Source of the DNA: Candidatus Peregrinibacteria bacterium
GTDB lineage: Bacteria > Patescibacteriota > Gracilibacteria > UBA1369 > LOWO2-01-FULL-3
Length of the DNA: 46,109 nucleotides
Assembly: GCA_014729275.1 (NCBI GenBank)
Contig: WJKE01000055.1
Location: 1-46,109, forward strand
Reading direction: 5' to 3'
The notes under the pieces are model-generated. The model saw nothing but the letters and a program-made list of their open reading frames with translations. It did no database searches and was not told where the DNA came from. Of the stretch, positions 16,372 through 24,705 are shown one piece after another. Within the stretch, counting starts at the first letter, position 1. Each line of letters starts with the position of its first letter. The position numbers were made by a program, and so were the translations under genes.

Positions 16372-17095
16372 ATATATAGTTTTAGGAATTTTAATCACTC
16401 TTTTCACAGTATTAGTTATATTTGCTGCAATAAAAATTAGGTATAAAATAAAAATAAAAGCCATTAAAAACAAAAACACCCAAATAGTGGAAGAAATAAA
16501 AAAAGAAAATCTGGAAAGAACTAAGTTTGATACCGTGAAAAAATTAGCACCCTCGGTTTACATTGATTCTCAGTTTATATGTCAGGCACCGTTAGAAACA
16601 GAACAAAACTGGACGCTTCACGAAGAGAGTTGCGAGGAAGCAGCATTATTACAGGTGTATTTACAAGAAAGAGATGCCTCCATGAGTAAAACAGAAGCAA
16701 ATCAGGTGGTTCTGGATATGATTAATTGGCAAGAAAACAATTTTGGTGGGCACTACGACATATACGCAGACAAAATTAAAGAATTTACAATGGGATATTA
16801 CAAGCTTGATAGCCAACAAATAAAAATAATATACGACGCGGATATTGAGGATATTAAAAAAATATTAAATGATGGGCATACAATAATGGTTCCTGTAACG
16901 GCAAAATACTTAAAAAATCCTTATTATCCGCATGAGGGGTACCATATGCTTCAGGTAATAGGCTATAACGAGGAAAAGATAATTACTAATGAAAACGGCA
17001 CAAAAAATGGAGCGGATTATGCATATTCATATACAGATTTTACAAAAGCAATGGAAGACTCGGGGGCTGATATTATTTATCTGGATATAGATTAA
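16355..17095 (+). CDS. Membrane-anchored C39-like (papain-fold) peptidase domain protein
   Basis: 246 aa with an N-terminal signal anchor. QFICQAPLE...EESCEEAALLQ resembles the Peptidase_C39_2 catalytic Cys region. A downstream His lies in GYHMLQVIGYN. The start overlaps the murJ end by 17 nt. Confidence 0.45.
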   Translation: MKKQIKYIVLGILITLFTVLVIFAAIKIRYKIKIKAIKNKNTQIVEEIKKENLERTKFDTVKKLAPSVYIDSQFICQAPLETEQNWTLHEESCEEAALLQVYLQERDASMSKTEANQVVLDMINWQENNFGGHYDIYADKIKEFTMGYYKLDSQQIKIIYDADIEDIKKILNDGHTIMVPVTAKYLKNPYYPHEGYHMLQVIGYNEEKIITNENGTKNGADYAYSYTDFTKAMEDSGADIIYLDID

Positions 17096-18194
17096 AATAA
17101 CCATCCAAACAAAAATCCCTACTAAAAGCTTTTAAGGTATATTCCTTCAATTTTTTAACAGTACTTAAATCAGAAACCCCGGTACCTTGAGCAATAGAAA
17201 CGGACTCATTATTTCCCATAAGAAAGGGAGCGTAATAAATTAGAAGCCTATCGACAAATAAGGAATTTTGTAGAAAAGAATCATAAAAAAAACCATGTAC
17301 CCTTGCACCACCTTCAACAAAAATACTTTGTATCTTTAAATCATAAAGAGCTTTAAATAATGCCTCTGCAGAAAATAATTCTGACTTACTAACATATACT
17401 TCATGACCTAAGTTGCTTAACTTTAATACTCTTTTTCCAGAGGCTTTATTTCCAACAAAAAATACCAATCTTTTACTTTTTAGAAGCTTTAGATCATCCG
17501 AAAAATTTAAATCATCACAAAGAACAATTTGCTTTTGTTGAGAATTTATGTTCTTGAATTTAAGACTGGGATTATCTTCTATAAAAGTTGTTTTTCCAAT
17601 AAGTACCGCATCATGTAAATTCCTGATTTTACTTGAATTAAGGCGGGCATCCTCTTGTGTTATCCATTTGGATTTTTTATCAGCGGTAGCTAATTTACCA
17701 TCCAAAGTAATACCGGCTTTAAGTGTAACATAAGGGAGTTTATGTAAATGCCATTTTATAAAAGGCTGTAAACTAAGATTAATCTTCTTGAAGATATCAG
17801 TATTTTTTTCTAAAAATTTTACATTAAGCCCATTTTGCATTAAAACTTTTGCCCCTCGTGAATTAACATTATTCGCATCCTTATGAGCAATATAAATATT
17901 ATTAATACCACTGTTTAATATCAAATCGGTACATGGCTCTGTTTTTCCTTGTGTACAGCAAGGTTCTAGTGTTACATACATATCCAAATCAGATAGTGAA
18001 ATACCGGGAAATTTTTTTTTAAATTCCTGAATAACATTTACTTCTGCGTGTGCTTTTCCATAAGCTTTATGATGTGAGGCACAAATAGCTTTTCCGTCTT
18101 TAACCAAAACAGCACCTACAGGGGGATTGGGAGCCACCATAGGAATTCCCTTAAGGGAGTGCATAAATGCAATTTCAAAAAACTTATTTTTCAT
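17073..18194 (-). CDS. ribD: Bifunctional riboflavin biosynthesis protein RibD (pyrimidine deaminase / uracil reductase)
   Basis: 373 aa. Deaminase zinc motifs HAEVNVI and TLEPCC are present. The C-terminal RibD_C reductase region includes [14 protein letters not shown]. Confidence 0.9.
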   Translation of the reverse strand: MKNKFFEIAFMHSLKGIPMVAPNPPVGAVLVKDGKAICASHHKAYGKAHAEVNVIQEFKKKFPGISLSDLDMYVTLEPCCTQGKTEPCTDLILNSGINNIYIAHKDANNVNSRGAKVLMQNGLNVKFLEKNTDIFKKINLSLQPFIKWHLHKLPYVTLKAGITLDGKLATADKKSKWITQEDARLNSSKIRNLHDAVLIGKTTFIEDNPSLKFKNINSQQKQIVLCDDLNFSDDLKLLKSKRLVFFVGNKASGKRVLKLSNLGHEVYVSKSELFSAEALFKALYDLKIQSIFVEGGARVHGFFYDSFLQNSLFVDRLLIYYAPFLMGNNESVSIAQGTGVSDLSTVKKLKEYTLKAFSRDFCLDGYFNLYPDK

Positions 18195-19393
18195 AGATTA
18201 GTAAGAATATGCCCCAATTTCTCTTTTTTAGCCTTAAGATATTTATGATTCCTGTTACCAGCCTTGGACTCAATTGGAATTCGTTCGGTAATTTCTATTC
18301 CATACCCCTCAAGTCCAATAATTTTTTTAGGATTATTGGTCATTAATCTAATTTTAGTAAGACCGAGAGACGAAAGTATTTGAGCACCTATACCGTAGTT
18401 TCTAAGATCAGGTTTAAACCCCAGTTTTTCGTTAGCTTCAACAGTATCAAGCCCCTTAGACTGCAAGTCATAAGCTTTAATTTTGTTTGTTAAGCCGATT
18501 CCACGACCTTCCTGCCTCATATACAAAAGTACACCGGCTTCACTTTTAGAAATTTTATCCATAGCCAAATGCAATTGATCCTTACAATCGCAAAGTTTAG
18601 AACCAAAAACTTCAGAAGTTAAACATTCGCTATGTACACGAACAATAGGGGAGCTAGTTATAAGATTTCCCTTAATAAGAGCAATATGTTCTTTTGAATC
18701 AGTGCTGGACTTAAAAACCTTCAAATTAAAATCACCGTATTCTGTAGGTATTATAGATTCTGCCACACATTTTACAAAAGACTCACTTTGCCATCTAAAT
18801 TTAATTAAATCAGCAATAGTCACAATCTTAAAATTATTATTCTTAGCAAATTTCAATAATTCATCCCTTCTCATCATTTCGCCATCCTCACGGCAAATTT
18901 CACATAATACAGCTGCCTCTCTTAAACCTGCCAATCTCACCAAATCAATCGAAGCCTCAGTATGTCCTGCCCTAACTAAAACCCCACCGGGCTTTGCAAT
19001 AAGAGGAAAGATGTGTCCCGGCATAGCAAAATCACTTGATGTTGAATCCGGATCAGATAAAGCATTTAAAGTTTTAGCTCGATCAGAAGCGGATATTCCT
19101 GTCGTGGTATTATGAATATAATCTACAGAAACCGTAAAATTACATTTAAAGGATTCACGGTTTTTAGATACCATTAAAGGAATATCTAAATTATCCGCAA
19201 TTTCACGAGATATTGGAGCACAAATAAGACCACGAGCATTTGACGCCATAAAATTCACCATTTTAGGCGTAGCTTTCTCGGCGGCAAAAATTAAATCTCC
19301 CTCATTCTCCCTATCTTCATCATCAACAACTACTATCATTTCCCCCCTTTTTAAGGCTATGATAGCATCATTTATTAAATTAAAATCAAACAT
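18191..19393 (-). CDS. ribBA: Bifunctional 3,4-dihydroxy-2-butanone-4-phosphate synthase / GTP cyclohydrolase II
   Basis: 400 aa. DHBP synthase motif [17 protein letters not shown] zinc motif [32 protein letters not shown] also present. Confidence 0.93.
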   Translation of the reverse strand: MFDFNLINDAIIALKRGEMIVVVDDEDRENEGDLIFAAEKATPKMVNFMASNARGLICAPISREIADNLDIPLMVSKNRESFKCNFTVSVDYIHNTTTGISASDRAKTLNALSDPDSTSSDFAMPGHIFPLIAKPGGVLVRAGHTEASIDLVRLAGLREAAVLCEICREDGEMMRRDELLKFAKNNNFKIVTIADLIKFRWQSESFVKCVAESIIPTEYGDFNLKVFKSSTDSKEHIALIKGNLITSSPIVRVHSECLTSEVFGSKLCDCKDQLHLAMDKISKSEAGVLLYMRQEGRGIGLTNKIKAYDLQSKGLDTVEANEKLGFKPDLRNYGIGAQILSSLGLTKIRLMTNNPKKIIGLEGYGIEITERIPIESKAGNRNHKYLKAKKEKLGHILTNL

Positions 19394-19405
19394 GTAAGAG
19401 TATAA

Positions 19406-20179
19406 TTATACTTCAAATCTAACAAAACCTTCTAATTCCGCTGAATTTTCTTTTAAAAGATCCTCAATAGATTTATTAGGATCTTTTACAAATTGTTGTT
19501 TCAAAAGAGCATTTTCTTCCCTGAATTTTTTTTCCTTTCCTTTCAAAATATTATCTAAAATTTCAGCAGGTTTACCCTCTTTTTCCAATTGTTCCTTCCA
19601 AATAACCTTTTCTTTATTAACAAGATCCTCAGAAACTTCTTCAGGTGATATTACGGAAGGATTTGTAGCGGCAACATGCATAGCAATATCCTTGGCCAGA
19701 TCTTCAGAACCACCTTTTAGCACAACCACAGCACCAATTTTCTTATTAGAGTGCACATATGTACCAATCACTTCACCTTCAAGCAATTCCATATCTCCAA
19801 TCAAAATATTTTCCCCCATTTTCAAAACAGCATCTTTAACATCCTGTATTTCTTTATCGTCCGGTAAAATCTCACCAGCAAGTATCTTATCAGCTATAAC
19901 CTCTGTCAAAGTACAAAAATCATCGCCCTTGGAAACAAAATCGGTTTCACAAAGTAATTTTACGATTGATGCTTTTTTTCCATCTGTCTTAATAACAATA
20001 GTACCATTCGAAGTAACTCTGTCTGCTCTAGCTGCAGCTTTTGCTTCTCCTTTTTTTCTCAATTCTTCTACAGCTTTATCAAAATCACCATCAGTTTCCT
20101 CCAAAGCGTTTTTGCACGCTGTCATTGAAACACCTGTTGCATCTCTCAGTTTTTTAATCTGTTCAATTGAAACACTCAT
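19406..20179 (-). CDS. tsf: Translation elongation factor Ts
   Basis: 257 aa. N-terminal UBA-like IKKLRDATGVSMTACKNALEETDGDFDKAVEELRKKG, then ETDFV and HVAATNP motifs. Confidence 0.93.
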   Translation of the reverse strand: MSVSIEQIKKLRDATGVSMTACKNALEETDGDFDKAVEELRKKGEAKAAARADRVTSNGTIVIKTDGKKASIVKLLCETDFVSKGDDFCTLTEVIADKILAGEILPDDKEIQDVKDAVLKMGENILIGDMELLEGEVIGTYVHSNKKIGAVVVLKGGSEDLAKDIAMHVAATNPSVISPEEVSEDLVNKEKVIWKEQLEKEGKPAEILDNILKGKEKKFREENALLKQQFVKDPNKSIEDLLKENSAELEGFVRFEV

Positions 20180-20208
20180 ATTCTATTAATTAAAAAATAA
20201 AATTAAAA

Positions 20209-20622
20209 TTATTGTTTTTCTTCCTTACCTTCAGCAACTTTACCGGTCAATACTTCATATAAATAGAATTCAGGTATTTTGTCTGCCAAAGTTGCCAGTA
20301 GCGGTATTTTAAAGTCTTTTCCCGAATAAGTAAAATATAAAGAAAAAGCATAAAGGGCTAAAACAATACCATGAAGCATCAAACTAAGCATTACTGAAAT
20401 TAAGGAAATCAATATTGCAACTGCAAACAATAAAAATATCATAAGCCCCTGCCTTACATGAAATCTACAATAACGACTATTTATTTGTCTTACTGCCGTA
20501 AGAAGGCAGGTTACCAAATTGATAAAAGGAAGGTAGCACAATAAAGCCCATCTTCTCTCCTGCGAGTACGAATTATTGGAAGCATTTTTATTTTGAGTTT
20601 GACCATGTTGTGGAGCCTCCAT
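20209..20622 (-). CDS. Small membrane protein, DUF4870-like
   Basis: 137 aa, 3-4 hydrophobic helices. ERRWALLCYLPFINLV...RFHVRQGLMIFL resembles the DUF4870 signature. The start overlaps the rpsB stop (TAATG). Confidence 0.45.
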   Translation of the reverse strand: MEAPQHGQTQNKNASNNSYSQERRWALLCYLPFINLVTCLLTAVRQINSRYCRFHVRQGLMIFLLFAVAILISLISVMLSLMLHGIVLALYAFSLYFTYSGKDFKIPLLATLADKIPEFYLYEVLTGKVAEGKEEKQ

Positions 20623-21311
20623 TATTTACTGGCTTTATTTGGTTTTTTTACAGCTTCTGCAATTTTATCAAGCATAAAGTCAAGGGCTTTTAAGGCATCA
20701 TCATTAGCCGGAATAGGATAATCAATAAGATCAGGATCTGCATTTGAATCTGTAAAAGCAACAACCGGAATCTTTGACTTATTAGCCTCTTTTACAACAA
20801 TATCATCCCGAACAGGATCTAAAACAAATACAACGTCGGGCGCCTTAGTCATTTTCTGAACACCTCCCAGCGCAATTTGCAGTTTAGCTATATTTTTTTT
20901 AAGCTGAGAAGCCTCTTTTTTAGTATATTTATCCAATTCCCCGGAAGCTGCTTGCTCCTTAAGATCAGAAAGATACTTAATTCTTGTTTTTACGGTTGAA
21001 TAATTGGTTATTAGGCCCGGGATCCACTTTGATGCTACATAAGGCATATTACAAGATTGTGCAACATTTTTAATTAAATTCATTGACTGTGGCTTGGTAC
21101 TGACAAACAAAATTGTTTTACCTTCACCTGATGTTTTAGATAAAAATTGAAGGGCTATATCGAGTAAATCAATAGTCTTTTCAAGATTTATTATATGGTA
21201 GCCATCTAATTCTCCATATAAATATTTTTTCATTTTAGGATTCCATTTTTGGGTTCTATGACCAATATGAACAAAATTTTGAAATAAATCATTAGCTAAT
21301 TGAGTTGCCAT
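20622..21311 (-). CDS. rpsB: 30S ribosomal protein S2
   Basis: 229 aa. VHIGHRTQKWNPKMKKYLYGELDGYHIINLEKT is the canonical uS2 N-terminus. Confidence 0.95.
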   Translation of the reverse strand: MATQLANDLFQNFVHIGHRTQKWNPKMKKYLYGELDGYHIINLEKTIDLLDIALQFLSKTSGEGKTILFVSTKPQSMNLIKNVAQSCNMPYVASKWIPGLITNYSTVKTRIKYLSDLKEQAASGELDKYTKKEASQLKKNIAKLQIALGGVQKMTKAPDVVFVLDPVRDDIVVKEANKSKIPVVAFTDSNADPDLIDYPIPANDDALKALDFMLDKIAEAVKKPNKASK

Positions 21312-21389
21312 TTTGTAAAATTTTAAGTATTGAAATATTAATTTTTCAGCGTTAATCTAATGAAAACCAAAGATAAAAGCAAGTAAAAT

Positions 21390-21629
21390 ATGGATAAAAT
21401 TGCAAAAATCAGGGCCAAAATAGATAAAATTGACGAAATAATAATAAAACTTTTGGAAAAAAGGGGAGATTTAAGCCAAAAAATAGGCAAAAACAAAAAG
21501 AAGAAATCGATTAGTATAGAAGATATTTCAAGGGAAGAAGAAATACTAAATAAAATTTCAGACCCATCCATAAAAAAAATATATAAAAAGGTGCTTGAAG
21601 AGTCTAAGAAAAAGCAAAAGACGCTTTGA
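21390..21629 (+). CDS. Minimal AroQ-type (type II) chorismate mutase
   Basis: 79 aa. IRAKIDKIDEIIIKLLEKRGDLSQKIGKNKK...ISREEEILNKI...IYKKVLEESKKKQ follows the CM_2 pattern (R..ID.iD..l..LL..R......i...K / RE..vl / S...Q). Preferred over the opposite-strand 114-aa low-complexity ORF. Confidence 0.6.
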   Translation: MDKIAKIRAKIDKIDEIIIKLLEKRGDLSQKIGKNKKKKSISIEDISREEEILNKISDPSIKKIYKKVLEESKKKQKTL

Positions 21630-21654
21630 CTCGCAAGTGTTTTTTTGTTATAAT
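21626..21654 (+). promoter_or_regulatory. Near-consensus sigma70-like promoter with extended -10, upstream of the RsbW-like kinase
   Basis: TTGACT (21626-21631), 17-nt spacer ending TGT, TATAAT (21649-21654). It overlaps the chorismate mutase stop codon. The ATG at 21683 is 28 nt downstream of the -10. Confidence 0.6.
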
Positions 21655-21682
21655 ATAGTAGTAAAATACAACACAAAAACAA

Positions 21683-22219
21683 ATGGAAAGTAATCCGAAT
21701 CCAAAAAGTACAAAAATTACAATAACTTTACCAACAAATGCGTATTTTATGTCAGGTATTCGCGATTTTACTCTAAATATGATCAAAAATACTACAAATT
21801 TCCCGGAAAAATGGGCTTTCCGTTTTCAATCAGTAGTGGATGAACTATGTAATAATGCAATTGAGTTTGGATCAGCCCCAGGGTCGGATATAAGAATTAC
21901 TTTTCATCATGAAAAAGATGATTTTCTGGAGATAACCGTTGAAGATACCGGAACCGGAAAAAATCGGATTAAGGCGAAAGATATGATTAAACTTTATGAA
22001 GAAAGGAAAAAACCAGATTATACATTTTCCGGTATTAGAGGCAGGGGACTGATAAAAATTGTAAGTGAATGGACCGATGAGTTAAAATTTGAAGACAGGG
22101 CGGAAGGTGGATTGAAGATCAGTGCCAAAAAATTCCTAAAAGAAGCCAGACAAAATGAAGAAAGTATTAGTTTTCAGGGACGGGAAGCGGTTAGTCAGGT
22201 TCAAAATCCAAATACATAA
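21683..22219 (+). CDS. Anti-sigma regulatory factor-type serine kinase (RsbW/SpoIIAB-like, HATPase_c fold)
   Basis: 178 aa. N-box ELCNNAIEFG, G1 box VEDTGTG, G2 box GRGLIKIV. Confidence 0.75.
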   Translation: MESNPNPKSTKITITLPTNAYFMSGIRDFTLNMIKNTTNFPEKWAFRFQSVVDELCNNAIEFGSAPGSDIRITFHHEKDDFLEITVEDTGTGKNRIKAKDMIKLYEERKKPDYTFSGIRGRGLIKIVSEWTDELKFEDRAEGGLKISAKKFLKEARQNEESISFQGREAVSQVQNPNT

Positions 22220-22245
22220 ATAAATTAACAATTAAATAAAATAAT

Positions 22246-23331
22246 ATGACAGAAGCAAATATCGTAATTGAGGACGCAGCAAGTGCAGTCCAGGGAAAGA
22301 CCCTAAAAGTTGTAAAAATTAGCGGTCAACTTGACGAAAGCAATGTTGATGAACAAATACAAATGGTTTACAAAATGCTGGAAGAAAATCCAAAGGGAAT
22401 AGACGTTGTATTTGACCTGACTAATTTAGAATATCTAAACAGTAAATCAATCGGATATTTAACTGATATCTACGGCAAAATAACAGAAAATGGAGGCAAA
22501 ACAGCCATTGCAAATGCTAAACCAAATATTGCGGATATATTGCAAGTTGTTGGGCTAACACAGCTAATTCCACTTCATGATAGCGTACAGGCTGCCGTAT
22601 CAGCATTAGGTAGTGATACAGCAGCGACTACTCAAGCTGAACAAGCCCAAGAGGCAGCAGCTACGGAGCAAACTCCTGCTACTCCCCAAGCACCCGCGCA
22701 ACCGGTACAGCCTAAAGCACCCCCGGCAGAAGCCAAGGAAAAGGCTCCTGTTCAAACTGATGCTCCGAAAGCCGCACCAGCTGTAGAAAGTCCACAAGCT
22801 GAAGCTCAGCCGGAATCTCAAACAAAAGTGGCTCCGAAAACAGTACCTGCTGAACAAGAATCTGCAAAGCAAGCACCGGCTACACCGGAAGCGCAAGGTA
22901 CACAGGTAGCACCTACTAATGCGAAAACTCCTGCTGAAACGGCGCAAACAACGGCGACACCTGCGGGAACACCTGAAGCAGTACAGGCTGAACCACCAGA
23001 GAGACCTGCCTCACCTACAGATACAACACAACAAGCGACTCCTCAAACAGAAGCAGCACCAACACAGCCGGAAACACCCGCTTCAACCACAGAAGCACCG
23101 CCACAACCTGAAGCACCGTCACAACCTGAAGCACAGACGCCCCCTCAAACAGAAGCAGCACCAACAAAACAAGTTACTGCAGAACCTGCACCCGCGGATC
23201 AAACAGAGGCAAAACCGGAAGAAACACAAGCAAAACCGAAAACACAGACACCAGCTAATCAATCAACATCAGATAGTGTCTCGCAAGTCGATAATCCAAC
23301 TGAAGGAGGAAACTACAAATTCGAAAATTAA
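22246..23331 (+). CDS. STAS-domain anti-sigma-factor antagonist with a long Pro/Ala/Gln/Thr/Glu-rich disordered C-terminal tail
   Basis: 361 aa. The first ~120 aa are STAS (VFDLTNLEYLNSKSIGYLTDIYG, with the conserved Ser; ANAKPNIADILQVVGL). The remaining ~240 aa are low-complexity PAQTE-rich sequence. Confidence 0.8.
   Translation: MTEANIVIEDAASAVQGKTLKVVKISGQLDESNVDEQIQMVYKMLEENPKGIDVVFDLTNLEYLNSKSIGYLTDIYGKITENGGKTAIANAKPNIADILQVVGLTQLIPLHDSVQAAVSALGSDTAATTQAEQAQEAAATEQTPATPQAPAQPVQPKAPPAEAKEKAPVQTDAPKAAPAVESPQAEAQPESQTKVAPKTVPAEQESAKQAPATPEAQGTQVAPTNAKTPAETAQTTATPAGTPEAVQAEPPERPASPTDTTQQATPQTEAAPTQPETPASTTEAPPQPEAPSQPEAQTPPQTEAAPTKQVTAEPAPADQTEAKPEETQAKPKTQTPANQSTSDSVSQVDNPTEGGNYKFEN
22609..23290 (+). 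repeat. G+C-enriched low-complexity coding region with internal imperfect repeats (PAQTE-rich tail)
   Basis: Exact 24-nt repeat CCTCAAACAGAAGCAGCACCAACA at 23041-23064 and 23143-23166. Adjacent 18-nt units sharing ACAACCTGAAGCAC at 23101-23136 (PQPEAP/SQPEAQ). Composition is visibly richer in C/G/A than the flanking DNA. Spurious ORFs appear in other frames. Confidence 0.85.
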
Positions 23332-23354
23332 TTTAAATAAATGAGCTCAAACAA

Positions 23355-24647
23355 ATGTTTGAAAACAAATTTATCTTATTAGGAATATCAACATTTTTTG
23401 CAGCTATTCCCGTATTTGTTTGGCTCTACTTCATTTTCAGAAAAACAGAAGCGAGTAAAAAAACATTACTTTTAGTTTTTGGATTAGGATGTTTAACTGC
23501 TCCGGCACTATTAGGTCTACAATACGTTTGGGATATATTTCCACGATTTAATCTAAGCTTGTTTGTTCAGGAAACTTTTACAACGCAAACCGGAGTCTTT
23601 ATTGCAATGTTTATGCTTTTTGGAGCAATGGAAGAAATAATAAAGCATTATGTAATTAGTATAATCGATAATAAAACTTTGCTGATAAATACAGTAAATA
23701 ACACTATTAGATATAGTCTTGCAGCAGCATTAGGGTTCGCGTTCACGGAAAATATTTACTATTTATATGAATTTTGGCCGAGTATTTCGAAAAGTGAATT
23801 GGTTGGAATGTATTTATTCAGATCTGTATTCACAGCATGTGCACATATGATTTTTTCAGGAATTTTTGGTTATTATTATGCAATGGGTAAATTTGCTATA
23901 GATATTCGGGAGCAGCAAAAGGTAAGGGGAAAAATTAAAGGCGAAACATTTAATAAAGCCATATCAAAAATATTTAATTTACCAAGGTCAAAAGCGTATC
24001 AACAAAGAATGGTACTTAAAGGGTTAACTTTGGCGGTAGTCATTCATGCAGCATATAATTTCATCCTTCAAATGAATGTAACATTTCCGGTCATAATATT
24101 TGTAATAGTTGGGGCTTTATTCATGTGGTACCTGATGAAAAGAAGAACCGGTAATTTAATTATATCAACCGATATAAGTCAAAAACGAACTTCTACCCTG
24201 GCAAAAAATGATGAAGATGTGATTATTGAATTGTTGGGATTATGGTTTAATTCAAAAAGATATGTAGATGTTCTACATGTATGTGAAAGGTTATTACAAA
24301 GGGATCCGGATAATAAAGTGGTAAAACTTTTTAAGGCGAAAGCAATGGATCGTATGGAGGACAAAGATAACTATAAAAAAATACTTGGATCAGTAATAAG
24401 AACAAAAGAAGATATGGGAGACAAAGAAAAAAATATATTAAGTAAACATTTAGCTGAAAAAGAGATGCAAAAAAAAGTAAAAGCAATGATAAAAGCTCAG
24501 CTTGAAAAAGAAGGTAAAAAATATATTGATTATGAAAAAATGAAAGCTGAGGAGAAAGAAAAATACGAGCAAGAAAAAGCAACTAAAGCCGTTAAAAAAG
24601 ATTATATAAAAAACTATACTGGTAAAGGAACATTTAAAATAGATTAG
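23355..24647 (+). CDS. PrsW-family intramembrane glutamic/metallo-protease with a C-terminal soluble TPR-like + Lys/Glu-rich extension
   Basis: 430 aa. Multi-pass N-terminal ~260 aa with PrsW motifs (GAMEEIIKHY, GFAFTENIYY, CAHMIFSGIFGYYY, VIHAAYNF). The C-terminal ~170 aa are a helical repeat (CERLLQRDPDNKVVKLFKAKAM) followed by KE-rich coiled coil. Confidence 0.7.
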   Translation: MFENKFILLGISTFFAAIPVFVWLYFIFRKTEASKKTLLLVFGLGCLTAPALLGLQYVWDIFPRFNLSLFVQETFTTQTGVFIAMFMLFGAMEEIIKHYVISIIDNKTLLINTVNNTIRYSLAAALGFAFTENIYYLYEFWPSISKSELVGMYLFRSVFTACAHMIFSGIFGYYYAMGKFAIDIREQQKVRGKIKGETFNKAISKIFNLPRSKAYQQRMVLKGLTLAVVIHAAYNFILQMNVTFPVIIFVIVGALFMWYLMKRRTGNLIISTDISQKRTSTLAKNDEDVIIELLGLWFNSKRYVDVLHVCERLLQRDPDNKVVKLFKAKAMDRMEDKDNYKKILGSVIRTKEDMGDKEKNILSKHLAEKEMQKKVKAMIKAQLEKEGKKYIDYEKMKAEEKEKYEQEKATKAVKKDYIKNYTGKGTFKID

Positions 24648-24651
24648 TTAC

Positions 24652-24679
24652 TTGAAGTATCTAAAAAAAAAGATATTAT
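24652..24679 (+). promoter_or_regulatory. Possible promoter for the glycosyltransferase gene
   Basis: TTGAAG (24652-24657), 16-nt spacer, TATTAT (24674-24679). Confidence 0.3.
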
Positions 24680-24705
24680 AAGGTAAGCCTAATTAGAAAT
24701 TTCCC

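Noticed and set aside
19692-20189. 165-aa ORF antisense to tsf; likewise 18702-19115 (137 aa) antisense to ribBA
   Set aside because: These are Ser/Ile/Phe-rich shadow ORFs typical of the reverse strand of AT-rich genes. The opposite-strand genes have unambiguous family motifs.
21338-21786. Minus-strand ORFs 21338-21682 (114 aa) and 21604-21786 (60 aa)
   Set aside because: They overlap the chorismate mutase ORF and the kinase promoter/start. Their sequences are low-complexity (S/F/L/I). The plus-strand 79-aa ORF matches the CM_2 pattern instead.
22606-23344. ORFs 22606-22947 (-) and 22919-23344 (+, Arg/Lys/His/Gln-rich) within the STAS tail region
   Set aside because: They are alternative-frame artefacts of the repetitive CA/GC-rich coding sequence. 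The in-frame continuation from the STAS domain is the parsimonious reading.
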